The translations under genes and the position numbers were made by a program. The notes below the pieces were generated by a model, which did no database searches, had not been told where the DNA came from, and worked only from the letters and a program-made list of their open reading frames with translations. Positions 11,401-20,217 of a DNA stretch of 64,000 bases are shown here, in pieces. The stretch covers positions 62,001 through 126,000 of the IMG/VR virus record IMGVR_UViG_3300044712_001255; one strand, written 5' to 3'. Positions within the stretch are counted from its first letter, which is position 1. Each line of letters begins with the position of its first letter.

Positions 11401-11441
11401 TCGATTTCGTTGTGTCGAACAACCTCAATCAGGTCGCGTGA
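8430..11441 (+). CDS. Contractile tail sheath protein, copy 2
   Basis: Same sheath signatures (REIDLS..GPAFVP, WFAPAGFTRG, WGQRT..SALDRVNVRR, PTRTIEFV). Confidence 0.93.
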   Translation: MGQLRFGSAGVTAREIDLSTPTTAAPTGVPAGIIGTANRGPAFVPITVGTVDNFYLEFGKTDGKKFGPLAVTEWLRNAGAVTYMRVMGVGDGNMRVADGTYAGSVNKAGFVVGEDLPNSTSGFLSRNPYANYGGPSGRTFFLGCLMSESAGSTVFSSAGLQQNGVAAPIIRGVIMAASGVILRLSSSTAASSNAPAATLVASDANAQGSLTGSVSLFAGATAKQEFVLLLNGHVGNDSLYPNVISASFDMTSNNYFAKMLNKDPLNIQKAGHCLYAYWDVYPATAAVTGSGVIATSVGAGAGAALGFELAAFITTGSVARNTGTATVPNFENFQDRFSYAKTPWIISQRFGGTRYNLFRLHALDAGAGVSNSVKFSIENIAVSTDPANKYGTFDIVVRSWTDRDDSPVVLERWSAVDLNPSSDRYIAKVIGDSYAYFDFDRSESEQKLVVEGQYENVSQYIRVEVDSNVENMSVDPVALPVGIRGTHHLVTSGSVPLTALDTATWMHNAVTPPVPFRNDITQGSGATKAVHPTYYWGYQFEHVTSLATANASALANDSMKAHVKYFPDFMTTTVNVIVGDNEGDVDTTELGVIDADRFNNNIFTLENLQVVTGSDGLADQQQWVNATYVRNGNIVANDANKTRRLQTTDFNQGNKAYLKFSFFMQGGFDGTNMFDVDEAALNNNAIVADIADANRGQALGPNVRAYTKAIDIMGNTVSTDIQLLATPGIRVPLITDYALNATAERFDAMYVMDIEEIDVMGNLVMSGTQTTSVQLTANNFAARGLNSSFGAAYFPDVLMTDPNTKTNLFVPPSVQVMGAMALNDAVGHPWFAPAGFTRGALPTALETKIPMDQSNLDALYNVNINPLTAFPGNASSGTNPTGGVLVWGQRTTLQTASALDRVNVRRLLIDIRRQVREIANLIIFEPNRESTLAKFSAAVTPRLQRIQALAGLERFRVMIDSSTTTQADVENNTIRGKIYIQPTRTIEFVSLDFVVSNNLNQVA

Positions 11442-11458
11442 CCTAGAAAGACAACGTG

Positions 11459-12064
11459 ATGAAACGTACACAGGTAATCAAGCCAACATCTAAGCAGCTT
11501 CGTTCTTTCATTGTTGAAACTGCAACAGTTGCGCAGGAAAAGCTTGAAGAACAACGCCTTGCAAAGCTCGCAAAAGGTGTCCGTTTGAACGAAGCGGCGG
11601 TGCGGCGGATCATCAAGGAAGAAGTAAGGCGAGCAAATCTTATTAATCGTCTTAGGGCTGTGTTGAAGGAGTCTAAGCTTTTGGGCGAAGGCGATGCGTT
11701 CGCATCAGCATTTGACAAGGTGATGGCTGGAAAAGCATTTCAAGATTTGTCAAATGATGAGATCGAAGCGGCAGTTGGTCAGTTGGCTGATAGATTCAAT
11801 GCATCTGACGATGATATTGATGCAGCGCTTGATAAGCTCGGAATTACTGCGGCGTCCTCAGCAGGTGAAGATAATTTAGGAACCAGTGGAGCAACAAGCA
11901 CTTCAAAGGGGAAGGGCAATCTTGAAGATTCTCCAGACGCTGCGGCGCTAGAGGCGGGATCAACGCTTCAAGACCAGGGATTTCGTAAAGAGCCCACAAG
12001 ATGGGGCGGTCCTAACAAGGCGGCAAATCCTGGACAAGTTAAAAAAACACGTGCAGCAGGTTGA
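11459..12064 (+). CDS. Hypothetical protein, putative internal head protein (LNE/IIKEE/LKE motifs)
   Basis: About 201 aa; basic N-terminus with repeated [ILV]xE sites followed by an acidic domain. Confidence 0.6.
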   Translation: MKRTQVIKPTSKQLRSFIVETATVAQEKLEEQRLAKLAKGVRLNEAAVRRIIKEEVRRANLINRLRAVLKESKLLGEGDAFASAFDKVMAGKAFQDLSNDEIEAAVGQLADRFNASDDDIDAALDKLGITAASSAGEDNLGTSGATSTSKGKGNLEDSPDAAALEAGSTLQDQGFRKEPTRWGGPNKAANPGQVKKTRAAG

Positions 12065-12720
12065 GCGTGTCAAATCTCAGCACAGTCACAAAACACCTAA
12101 AGCGTCAGGTTGCTCTTGAATGTGTCATTGCAGTGTGCGTTGGCATCCTGCGTGAAGAGGGCAACCTGATCAAAGAGGCGTTGTCTCGCGCCGAGTCCAA
12201 TGTTGTCGATGCAGTCATGCACTATGCGCAAAAGTATGTGTATGATAATGCAACACAACCGCATCGATCTCACCTACCAGACGTACCTGTGCCAGTCCCA
12301 GGTCGGCGAGCAGAAGAACTAGACCCTGCAACTGCTCACTTCTTTCAAGGCAAGATTATAGATTACCTTGAAAGATTCAAGAACTGGGTCGATCACCCAG
12401 AGTACATTCAGCAGATTGAAGAAGAGGATCCACAGTTCATCAAGAACTTTGCTACAAAGATGTTGATGTATATCTCGGCAATCAATGATGAAGAAGATTA
12501 TGATACGTTGATGAGCACATTACCACGTGATCAACGCGAAGTGCTACAGGCGATTTACATGTCTGTGTATGGGTCAACCCCTACTGACGTTGAAGAACCG
12601 CTGCCGTCATTTGACATTGATGATGAGCCTGATACAGAACCAGACGTCTCATTTGAACGTGAAAAAACCGCGCCGCGTACCCAAAGGTCTCTGCCTTATG
12701 GGCATGCAAAAAATCAGTGA
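12061..12720 (+). CDS. Hypothetical acidic protein (ILREE/LIKE motifs)
   Basis: 219 aa; 4-nt overlap with the upstream gene. Confidence 0.6.
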   Translation: MSVSNLSTVTKHLKRQVALECVIAVCVGILREEGNLIKEALSRAESNVVDAVMHYAQKYVYDNATQPHRSHLPDVPVPVPGRRAEELDPATAHFFQGKIIDYLERFKNWVDHPEYIQQIEEEDPQFIKNFATKMLMYISAINDEEDYDTLMSTLPRDQREVLQAIYMSVYGSTPTDVEEPLPSFDIDDEPDTEPDVSFEREKTAPRTQRSLPYGHAKNQ

Positions 12721-12731
12721 GCCCTCGAGGG

Positions 12732-14336
12732 TCACAGGGCCAGCTCGTACAGTTGGTTGCCACACCCCCATATCTTGACCACGCCGGCTTCGTCGGCTAC
12801 CTGCTGCTCGGTCATCCCACGGGAACTGTCTGCTTTGAACTTGAAGCGGTTGAATCTTTGTTGTCCGTTCGTCCACCAGAAGCGTGGCATCGTGGAACTA
12901 ATAAGAGAAAACCCTGCTTGTTGGTACGCAGTACCATCACCACCGAGCCTTTCGTCTACGTACGATAATAGACGCTTCTTACCAGACGATTTAGCATACT
13001 CAATGGCACATGTCATAAGACGACTCGTACCGCCAGGAACAATTGTATTGAGCTTGTTTGCTGAACGAGCAATTTCAATTGCGTCCTTGTGCAATTTGTG
13101 AAATGGCGTTCTTACAGATAACGCAGCTACGATTTCACCTTCATAAATCAACCCCCACGCGGCAGATGCTAAGGTGTCTCCATCAAGGTGATTTGTTGCA
13201 AAAAATGCAATACGTTCCTTGTAATCAAGTTGCTTGATTGAACACTTTCGAGCCATTACCTTGTTCGTAATTGCGTTCAAACGAGCGCAGATCATTGATT
13301 TGACAATGTCTTGTTTATGATCCCACTCATCATCAAAAATGTGCATTAGCTTGATTCCCACAGCGCGGCAAGCATTTGTTTTTCCTTGATGATATTTGTT
13401 ATCTCTACGTGATTCGTTGTGCCAATAGATTCCGTTGAGTTCTATGGCGAGCTGATGTGACGGTATGTAAATGTCAAGCTCTCTTTTGTGAATCACGCCA
13501 CGAACATTGCGACCTACGTCAACGCCGATTATCGATTCAATCCAATCAGCAATTTGAAGTTGTGCCTTGCTGCCCACTGGATCACATGATTTGCACCTGT
13601 CATTTCTTGCAAATGCAAGGCTAACGACAGATTGCTCATTGCACTTGACACAACGCACGGTTATAGATTCGCTAAGACAATTTTTGTAGTTGCCTATTGA
13701 TTCAAGACGTAACACGTTGTTTTGTTGAAGTACTTCAACAATCTTATCATCTGTGAATCTGTTGTATCTTACCAACGTACCGGCTTCTATTGAACGCTTC
13801 AAACCGGCAGACGTGTGTTCACCACGTATTTTAATACGTTCATCAGTTTCCTTTGTAAGTCCCTTTGCCCATGATTCACGCCCAGTCAAACTTTCGCGAC
13901 GTTTTTGTGCAATTGATTGAGCAACCTCGGTGGCGTATGACGTGTAGATGTTGCCGTTGTGTCCAATTCTAAACGTCGAATAACCGCTCCACCAATTCAC
14001 CCATTTGGTTTGCTCACCACACCCACATTGGCATAACGTTGGTGATTGATTGTGTTTCTTCAACCACAACTCTTCAAGAGACATACCATGTAATGCGGCG
14101 TGTTTATCTCCTTCGGTTGAGTCGTTGAACTGCAATCGAATAACTTCATTGCAAATTGGGCAAGAGTCAGTCATTGCGTGTTTCTTGCCGATCGCAGATC
14201 TACTACAGGTTACGCACACCTTTTGTAGGCGCTCGGCATACATGCACTTGGCACGATTTTTATGATCAACATTGTTATTGCATTGTGGACAGATGCGTCT
14301 CCAGACGATTTGCCCTCCATCGTTTACTTCTATCAT
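12732..14336 (-). CDS. Homing-endonuclease-like protein: Zn-finger/CxCGCG DNA-binding modules + PD-(D/E)XK (Vsr/DUF559-like) nuclease + GNAT-like C-terminus
   Basis: ELDIYIPSHQLAIELNGIYWH nuclease motif; CQCGCG..GH and WAKGLTKETDERI modules. ATG at 14336 lies 7 nt after TAGAAT on the minus strand. Only substantial minus-strand gene in the window. Confidence 0.75.
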   Translation of the reverse strand: MIEVNDGGQIVWRRICPQCNNNVDHKNRAKCMYAERLQKVCVTCSRSAIGKKHAMTDSCPICNEVIRLQFNDSTEGDKHAALHGMSLEELWLKKHNQSPTLCQCGCGEQTKWVNWWSGYSTFRIGHNGNIYTSYATEVAQSIAQKRRESLTGRESWAKGLTKETDERIKIRGEHTSAGLKRSIEAGTLVRYNRFTDDKIVEVLQQNNVLRLESIGNYKNCLSESITVRCVKCNEQSVVSLAFARNDRCKSCDPVGSKAQLQIADWIESIIGVDVGRNVRGVIHKRELDIYIPSHQLAIELNGIYWHNESRRDNKYHQGKTNACRAVGIKLMHIFDDEWDHKQDIVKSMICARLNAITNKVMARKCSIKQLDYKERIAFFATNHLDGDTLASAAWGLIYEGEIVAALSVRTPFHKLHKDAIEIARSANKLNTIVPGGTSRLMTCAIEYAKSSGKKRLLSYVDERLGGDGTAYQQAGFSLISSTMPRFWWTNGQQRFNRFKFKADSSRGMTEQQVADEAGVVKIWGCGNQLYELAL

Positions 14337-14436
14337 ATTTGCTATTCTAAAATATAGCATGCACATCGACACAAAGTAAACGATTTTGAGATCAATACCG
14401 TAATTAACTTGTTACCCACTCAATAGGAGATGACAC

Positions 14437-14928
14437 ATGGCAGCAGAAACACTTGATGTAACGTCTATGTTACCAAATCGATTTGAACCCAAGCGAAAGA
14501 ATCGTTGGATTCTTATGGTAGAGGGAATTGACGCCTACATCGTAAAGACCACCGCACGTCCCACATACGCAACTGACGAAGTTGAAGTTCCATTCGTCAA
14601 CAGCCGCCGCTACCTGGCGGGTCTCACCAAGTTTGAGACGATGGCTGTTACTCTACACGACCCGATCGCGCCGTCGGGCGCGCAGCAGATCATGGAGTGG
14701 ATTCGTCTCCATTTCGAGTCTGTGTCAGGTCGTGCAGGATACGCAGACTTCTACAAGCGTGACGTTCAGTTGAAACTCCTTGACCCGATCGGTACTGTTA
14801 TCGAACTTTGGGATATAAAAGGTGCATTCATCACAAATGCCACTTTCGGTGAACTTACGTATGAAGACGGAGGGCTTACTGAGATTTCTCTAACTCTCAG
14901 ATATGATAACGCGGTTTTGCAATTTTAA
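14437..14928 (+). CDS. Tail tube protein (T4 gp19-like)
   Basis: FEPKRKNRW..GIDAYIVK..RP, LHDPIAPSGAQQIMEW, YKRDVQLKLLDP.G.VIE.W.IKGAF..LTLRYD; AGGAG RBS. Confidence 0.9.
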   Translation: MAAETLDVTSMLPNRFEPKRKNRWILMVEGIDAYIVKTTARPTYATDEVEVPFVNSRRYLAGLTKFETMAVTLHDPIAPSGAQQIMEWIRLHFESVSGRAGYADFYKRDVQLKLLDPIGTVIELWDIKGAFITNATFGELTYEDGGLTEISLTLRYDNAVLQF

Positions 14929-14958
14929 ATCAACTGCGATTACGCAAGTAATTGTTTT

Positions 14959-14982
14959 GAAAGGCCTTTTACGAGGCCTTTC
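14959..14982 (+). terminator. Hairpin after the tail tube gene (putative terminator)
   Basis: GAAAGGCCT-TTTACG-AGGCCTTTC, 9-bp stem; the U-tract is weak. Confidence 0.55.
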
Positions 14983-15036
14983 GGCATTTAAGACGTTGGC
15001 AGTACACATTGCTTTATCATATGATAGAGTGAGTTT

Positions 15037-15825
15037 ATGTGTAAATGTCCAATGTGTGATTATGAAAATGAAAATCTAACGTCATTATCTGTTCATTATC
15101 GAAAAAAACATAAGGGAACAGCTAAACAACTTTGTATTGAATTGTTTCATGATGGTATACAACCAACATGTAAATGTGGATGTGGTAAAGCTACTAAATT
15201 CTGGACATTGCAATTGGGATTTGCTAAATATCTTCGAGGACATGTAGCTCGAGTGCATAACAATTGGGGTCATAACGAAGATGCCCAGAAGAAAAGTCAG
15301 GACGTACGTCGTGACATGCATAAAAGAGGGGAGATTTTCATTTGGAATAAGGGTCTTTCTATTGAAACTGATGATCGTGTAGCGGCATATGGTAGATCTG
15401 GATCTCATACTCTCAAAACTGACGCCGCGTGTCAAAAACAACGATCTGAACACATGTCTACGCAATGGAAATTGGGTTGTATCGTTCCCCTTCGCGGTGC
15501 TGATCATTCTCAATGGCGAGGTGGCACTTCGGCGCTGCAGCCAGTCGTCAGATCTCGGCTTCATTATGCATGGGCATATCCCAAGCTCGCAGCATCAGGA
15601 TTTAAGTGTTCGTCTTGTGGCAGATCAGATACGCTTGAGGTACACCACGACGGTGAACGTTTTGCTGATATCCTGCACAAAGCGATTATTGAGTTAGGAG
15701 AATCAGGGGATGATTTTGAAAAGAAGTCTATTATAGCTGATTGGGTCGTCAAATATCATGTTGAAAATGATATTTCTGGCGTTGTATTGTGTCAGCATTG
15801 TCATGATAGTGCACATAACTCGTAG
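15037..15825 (+). CDS. HNH homing endonuclease with C2H2 Zn finger and CxCGCG / WNKGL modules
   Basis: CPMC..H..KH finger, CKCGCG..RGH, WNKGLSIETDDRV, and C-terminal CSSC..LEVHH..LCQHCH HNH signature. Confidence 0.8.
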   Translation: MCKCPMCDYENENLTSLSVHYRKKHKGTAKQLCIELFHDGIQPTCKCGCGKATKFWTLQLGFAKYLRGHVARVHNNWGHNEDAQKKSQDVRRDMHKRGEIFIWNKGLSIETDDRVAAYGRSGSHTLKTDAACQKQRSEHMSTQWKLGCIVPLRGADHSQWRGGTSALQPVVRSRLHYAWAYPKLAASGFKCSSCGRSDTLEVHHDGERFADILHKAIIELGESGDDFEKKSIIADWVVKYHVENDISGVVLCQHCHDSAHNS

Positions 15826-15846
15826 TATAGCATAAAGATAATATGC

Positions 15847-17499
15847 ATGTCTTATGATCGTATCAAGTGCCCGATATGTAACGTAGATTTTGGGCAAGAA
15901 AAGCGATTTGTTGCTCATTGCAATGATGTCCATGGTATCGTTGCAGATGAAGCATATTATGTGCAAATTGTGTGTAATGGTACAGCTCCAACGTGTGCAT
16001 GTGGTTGTGGAAAGACAACCATGTGGAATGGTTGGAAGAAGGGATACACATCACAATACTTGCGCGGTCATAATGCTGCTGTTGATAACGTATTCTCAGA
16101 CCCAGAGCGTATGAAACGCATGGTTGAGAAGCGCGTTGACGGGTACAGATCTGGAAGAATTTCTGTGTGGAACGCCGGTCTTACAAAAGAAACCGACGAA
16201 AGAGTCGCTCGGCAGTCGGTTGCTGTTTCTAATACGTTGTCGCAAGCTTATCGATCTGGTGATCTTGTTGATTGGCGCAAGACAGATCCAGAAAAAGCAA
16301 TCGAACAAGCGAAAAAGTCATCCAATACAAAGAAGCGTAAATTTGCGTCTGGAGAATCAAAGATTTGGAACGAAGGACTTACGAAGGAAACTTCGTCATC
16401 TATCGCGTCAGCTGCAGAAAAGATTTCTGCAGCTTTTCGTAATCGCCCGGATATGGGCGCTCGAATAAAACTATCGAAAGTGAAACAACGTATCGATAAG
16501 TTCTCAGACAAATTTACGTTGGTATCTAACATTAATGAATACAAACATCATGATATTACGAGATTTGTGTTTCGTTGTAATACATGTGGTGAAGAGACAT
16601 TGAAATCATTAAATATGTTAGAATCAACTCCTATTTGTTTTCATTGTCATCCTAAGGAATCTAAGGGACAACTTGAGGTACTTGATTACATTCGTTCTCT
16701 TGGGATTAATGACGTTGTATCAAATGATCGTGCTGCTATTTCTCCAAAAGAACTAGACATTTACGTGCCATCTAAGAAGTTTGCAGTTGAATACAACGGG
16801 TTATACTGGCACAGCGAACAATTTCTTGGTAAGCATTATCATGACGAAAAGCTCTCAGCGGCAGAAAATGCTGGATTGTCATTGTTGATGATCTATGAGG
16901 ACGAATGGCGTGATCGTAGACATGTGATTGAAGGTATGATCAAACATCGTCTTAACCTTGATATTGTTCGCGTTCATGCGAGAAAATGTGTCGTGAAAGA
17001 AGTACCCGTAGAACAGCGCATTGCTTTTTTTGATTCTGCGCACCTTGAGGGTGACGTTAGAAGCGTTGTTGCATTTGGATTGTATTTTGAAGATCGACTT
17101 GTTGCGTGTATGTCGTTGCGCAGGCCTTTTCATAAAAAGTATGAAGATTATCTTGAGGTTGGAAGAAGTGCTTGTTTACCAACATACGCCATTTCTGGGT
17201 GGATTGGAAAGCTCACGAAGGCATGTAAAGAATTCGTGCGTTCTAAGGGTAAGATTGGTTTGGTGACATATGTTGATTCTCGAGTGGGCAAGGGAGAGTC
17301 GTATGCAGCTGCCGGATTCAAGCTTGTTAGCAATAACACGGGTTCACGTTTGTTTTGGACAGACTACGTGAAACGGTATAATCGATTCGCGGTACGTGCA
17401 AATAAGGCAGAAGGTATCACACAAAAGCAAGCTAGTGAAGACGCAGGCGTGGTTCCCATTTGGGGGCCCGGAAATCGTCTTTTCAAATTAGACATTTGA
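15847..17499 (+). CDS. Homing-endonuclease-like protein, paralog of 12732..14336 (PD-(D/E)XK + GNAT-like)
   Basis: ELDIYVPSKKFAVEYNGLYWHSE; CACGCG..RGH; two WNxGLTKET repeats; C-terminus alignable with the minus-strand copy (RFNRFKFKAD vs RYNRFAVRAN). Confidence 0.75.
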   Translation: MSYDRIKCPICNVDFGQEKRFVAHCNDVHGIVADEAYYVQIVCNGTAPTCACGCGKTTMWNGWKKGYTSQYLRGHNAAVDNVFSDPERMKRMVEKRVDGYRSGRISVWNAGLTKETDERVARQSVAVSNTLSQAYRSGDLVDWRKTDPEKAIEQAKKSSNTKKRKFASGESKIWNEGLTKETSSSIASAAEKISAAFRNRPDMGARIKLSKVKQRIDKFSDKFTLVSNINEYKHHDITRFVFRCNTCGEETLKSLNMLESTPICFHCHPKESKGQLEVLDYIRSLGINDVVSNDRAAISPKELDIYVPSKKFAVEYNGLYWHSEQFLGKHYHDEKLSAAENAGLSLLMIYEDEWRDRRHVIEGMIKHRLNLDIVRVHARKCVVKEVPVEQRIAFFDSAHLEGDVRSVVAFGLYFEDRLVACMSLRRPFHKKYEDYLEVGRSACLPTYAISGWIGKLTKACKEFVRSKGKIGLVTYVDSRVGKGESYAAAGFKLVSNNTGSRLFWTDYVKRYNRFAVRANKAEGITQKQASEDAGVVPIWGPGNRLFKLDI

Positions 17500-17614
17500 C
17501 AGTGCAAACAATTTCTTTCCATGGTATACATCTGTCAACCTGCGGCTGATAGTTAACCACAGGTCAACAAGATCGCACAGAGCGTTCAAGTTTGACTAGG
17601 ACACGGAGAGTGAC

Positions 17615-18649
17615 ATGAAAAAGAAAATTGGCGTATTCATTGGTCGTTTGCAGCCTGTACACAATGCTCACCTCGCCGCCATCAATATGGCGCTTTCGGA
17701 GGTTGATCACCTGATCATAGTGCTTGGTTCTGACTGCACGGCAAAGACAATCAAGAATCCTTGGACGTCTACGGAACGTAGGAAGATGTTGTTTGCGTCT
17801 TTGAATAAAAAGTTCGTTAGCAAGATTACGTTTGTTTCGGCGAAGGATTACCTCTACAACGACAACATGTGGCTCACAGCGCTGCAGTGTTCGATGAACG
17901 TTGTATATGTTGGCGATAAACCTTACAACATAGAAGATTGCGATGTAACGTTGTATGGTCATGACAAAGATCGCAGCACGTTCTACTTGCACCTCTTCCC
18001 AAAGTGGAGCTTCAAGGAGACGGGCGACCTCGGCAACGTCAGCGCAACTATGGTGAGGGAGTGCTATTTCCGCAAGGACCTGCTCACCCTGAAGCGACTC
18101 GTTCCTGAGCCGGTGTGGAACATCATGAAGGAAGACATGAAGACAGACGAATACAATCGTCTTCATGACGAGTGGAATCACGTCATCAGCTACAAGGAAC
18201 TCTGGAAGGATGCACCGTTTCCTCCCACGTTCGTCACTGTCGATGCTGTGGTAATCAAGAGCGGTCACGTGTTGGTTGTCCGGCGCGGTGCCCAACCGGG
18301 TAAGGGGCTTGTCGCTCTTCCTGGTGGATTTCTCAATACTGGCGAGAAGATCGTTGATGGTTGTGTGAGGGAACTCAAGGAAGAGACTCGAATCTCTGTC
18401 AACAAGGATGAGCTATACAAGCGAATCGTAGACCAACGCGTCTTCGATCACCCAGACAGGTCTCTTCGTGGTCGCACAATCACCCATGCATTTTGCATCG
18501 ACCTTGGGTCTGGTCCGCTGCCGAAGGTGCAGGGAGATGACGACGCCGACAAGGCGTGGTGGATGCCGCTTCGAGATGTCCTTCGACAGGAGGAACAGTT
18601 CTTCGAGGATCACTGGCACATCGTTCAGTTTTTTGTGAGCAAGTTCTAA
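17615..18649 (+). CDS. nadM: Bifunctional NMN adenylyltransferase / ADP-ribose pyrophosphatase (NadM-Nudix)
   Basis: FIGRLQPVHNAH HxGH-type motif, SATMVRE, and Nudix box GGFLNTGEKIVDGCVRELKEETRI; RSLRGRTIT and FFEDH motifs. Confidence 0.93.
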   Translation: MKKKIGVFIGRLQPVHNAHLAAINMALSEVDHLIIVLGSDCTAKTIKNPWTSTERRKMLFASLNKKFVSKITFVSAKDYLYNDNMWLTALQCSMNVVYVGDKPYNIEDCDVTLYGHDKDRSTFYLHLFPKWSFKETGDLGNVSATMVRECYFRKDLLTLKRLVPEPVWNIMKEDMKTDEYNRLHDEWNHVISYKELWKDAPFPPTFVTVDAVVIKSGHVLVVRRGAQPGKGLVALPGGFLNTGEKIVDGCVRELKEETRISVNKDELYKRIVDQRVFDHPDRSLRGRTITHAFCIDLGSGPLPKVQGDDDADKAWWMPLRDVLRQEEQFFEDHWHIVQFFVSKF

Positions 18650-18672
18650 GCGTAAAGAGAGGAGAATAGACA

Positions 18673-20085
18673 ATGACTACTAACAACATCATTCTTGATA
18701 CCGATTCGTACAAGGCAAGCCATTGGAAGCAGTACCCGCCAAACACCACGTCGATGTTCAGCTACATCGAGTCGCGTGGCGGAAAGTTTGACACCACAGT
18801 ATTTTTCGGGCTGCAGTATTACATCAACAAGTACCTCACCACCCGCGTCACTGTCGACATGGTTGAGGAAGCCAAGGAATTCTACGCTGCTCACGGTGAG
18901 CCCTTCAACTACGAAGGGTGGATGCGAATTGCCACTGAGCTTGGTGGTAAGCTGCCTGTGCGAATCAGGGCAGTTCGAGAGGGCACTGTCGTTGAGACGT
19001 CGAATGTGCTTGTGAGCATTGAGAGCACCGATCCCCAGACGTTTTGGGTCGCTTCGTGGTTGGAGACCATGCTTGTTAGGTTGTGGTACCCGATCAACGT
19101 TGCAACGCTCAGTTACCACACTCGTAAGGTATTTGAACGATTCTTTGATGCGACAAGCGATGACGTCGCTCCTGGTCGTGCCATGTTCAAGCTGCATGAT
19201 TTCGGTAGCCGCGGCGTATCGAGCCAGGAATCGGCTGCGATTGGTGGGGCGGCCCACTTGATCAACTTCCTTGGAAGCGACACTGTCGTGGGAATCTATA
19301 CAGCAAACAAGTTCTATGACATTCCCATGGCTGCATTCTCGATTCCCGCGGCAGAGCACAGCACGATGACATCGTGGGGCAAGGCTCGAGAATCGGCAGC
19401 GTATGAAAACATGATCAATCAGTACGGTGGACCCGGCAAGCTCTTTGCTGTTGTGTCGGACAGCTACGACATCTACAACGCAGTGAAGAACATCTGGGGT
19501 GATGAACTGAAGCAGAAGGTGATCAACATGGGTGGTACGCTAGTCGTGCGACCTGATAGCGGTCACCCACCCACAGTCGTTGTGAATATCTTGAACATCC
19601 TCGGCGACAAGTTTGGTTTCACCACCAACAGCAAGGGATACAAGGTGCTGCCGCCGTGCATCAGGGTAATTCAGGGTGACGGAGTCAATTATGATTCGAT
19701 CTATGAGATTCTCGAGGTAATGCAGCAAGCCGGATGGAGCATTGACAATGTTGCGTTCGGAATGGGTGGAGCTCTGTTGCAGGGACACAACAGGGACACT
19801 CAGAAGTTTGCAATGAAGTGCTCGAGCGTCACTGTCGACGGTGAAGAAGTGGATGTCTACAAGGATCCTGTCACTGATGACGTGAAGCGCAGCAAGCGTG
19901 GTCGCCTAGACCTTATCAAGGTGACAATTCAAGGTAGCCACGGCAAGATTGATGTGCTTCGAACGGTGAAGTTGGCTCCTGGTGAGTTGGCACATCCCGA
20001 CACTGTTATGCAGACTGTGTACGAAAACGGCGAGGTACTGGTGCGTCAAAAGTTTGATGACATCAGAAAGAATGCGTGGGGATGA
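18673..20085 (+). CDS. nadV: Nicotinamide phosphoribosyltransferase (NAMPT)
   Basis: TDSYKASH, LHDFGSRG, SIPAAEHS, VVSDSYD, VVRPDSG, VIQGDG, FGMGGALLQ, KRSKRGRL; GAGGAG RBS. Confidence 0.95.
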   Translation: MTTNNIILDTDSYKASHWKQYPPNTTSMFSYIESRGGKFDTTVFFGLQYYINKYLTTRVTVDMVEEAKEFYAAHGEPFNYEGWMRIATELGGKLPVRIRAVREGTVVETSNVLVSIESTDPQTFWVASWLETMLVRLWYPINVATLSYHTRKVFERFFDATSDDVAPGRAMFKLHDFGSRGVSSQESAAIGGAAHLINFLGSDTVVGIYTANKFYDIPMAAFSIPAAEHSTMTSWGKARESAAYENMINQYGGPGKLFAVVSDSYDIYNAVKNIWGDELKQKVINMGGTLVVRPDSGHPPTVVVNILNILGDKFGFTTNSKGYKVLPPCIRVIQGDGVNYDSIYEILEVMQQAGWSIDNVAFGMGGALLQGHNRDTQKFAMKCSSVTVDGEEVDVYKDPVTDDVKRSKRGRLDLIKVTIQGSHGKIDVLRTVKLAPGELAHPDTVMQTVYENGEVLVRQKFDDIRKNAWG

Positions 20086-20105
20086 TCTCACGTCTGTGAG
20101 ATAGA

Positions 20106-20137
20106 GATGGGCAGGTAAATCCTGCCCATCGCGCTTT
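20106..20137 (+). terminator. Intrinsic terminator-like hairpin after the NAD salvage operon
   Basis: GATGGGCAGG-TAAAT-CCTGCCCATC, perfect 10-bp stem, then GCGCTTT. Confidence 0.7.
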
Positions 20138-20217
20138 AATGGTTGTCATGTGTCACCGCTGCGTATTTACGCTCTGTCCACGGAGTTTACTGTATACCAC
20201 AAGGACATAGGAGACAG

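Noticed and set aside
12717-13101. Plus-strand ORFs 12717..12968 and 12757..13101
   Set aside because: They lie entirely antisense to the conserved C-terminus of the minus-strand endonuclease.
17564-19359. Long minus-strand ORFs (17564..18295, 18646..19359) antisense to nadM/nadV
   Set aside because: They are shadow frames of strongly codon-biased genes, with no motifs, RBS or promoter.
20143-20217. Listed upstream start (TTG 20143) of the chaperone gene; likewise 49209, 39479, 36743, 38930 and 14372
   Set aside because: Downstream ATGs have a clear RBS or promoter geometry, and the extensions run through terminators or promoters.
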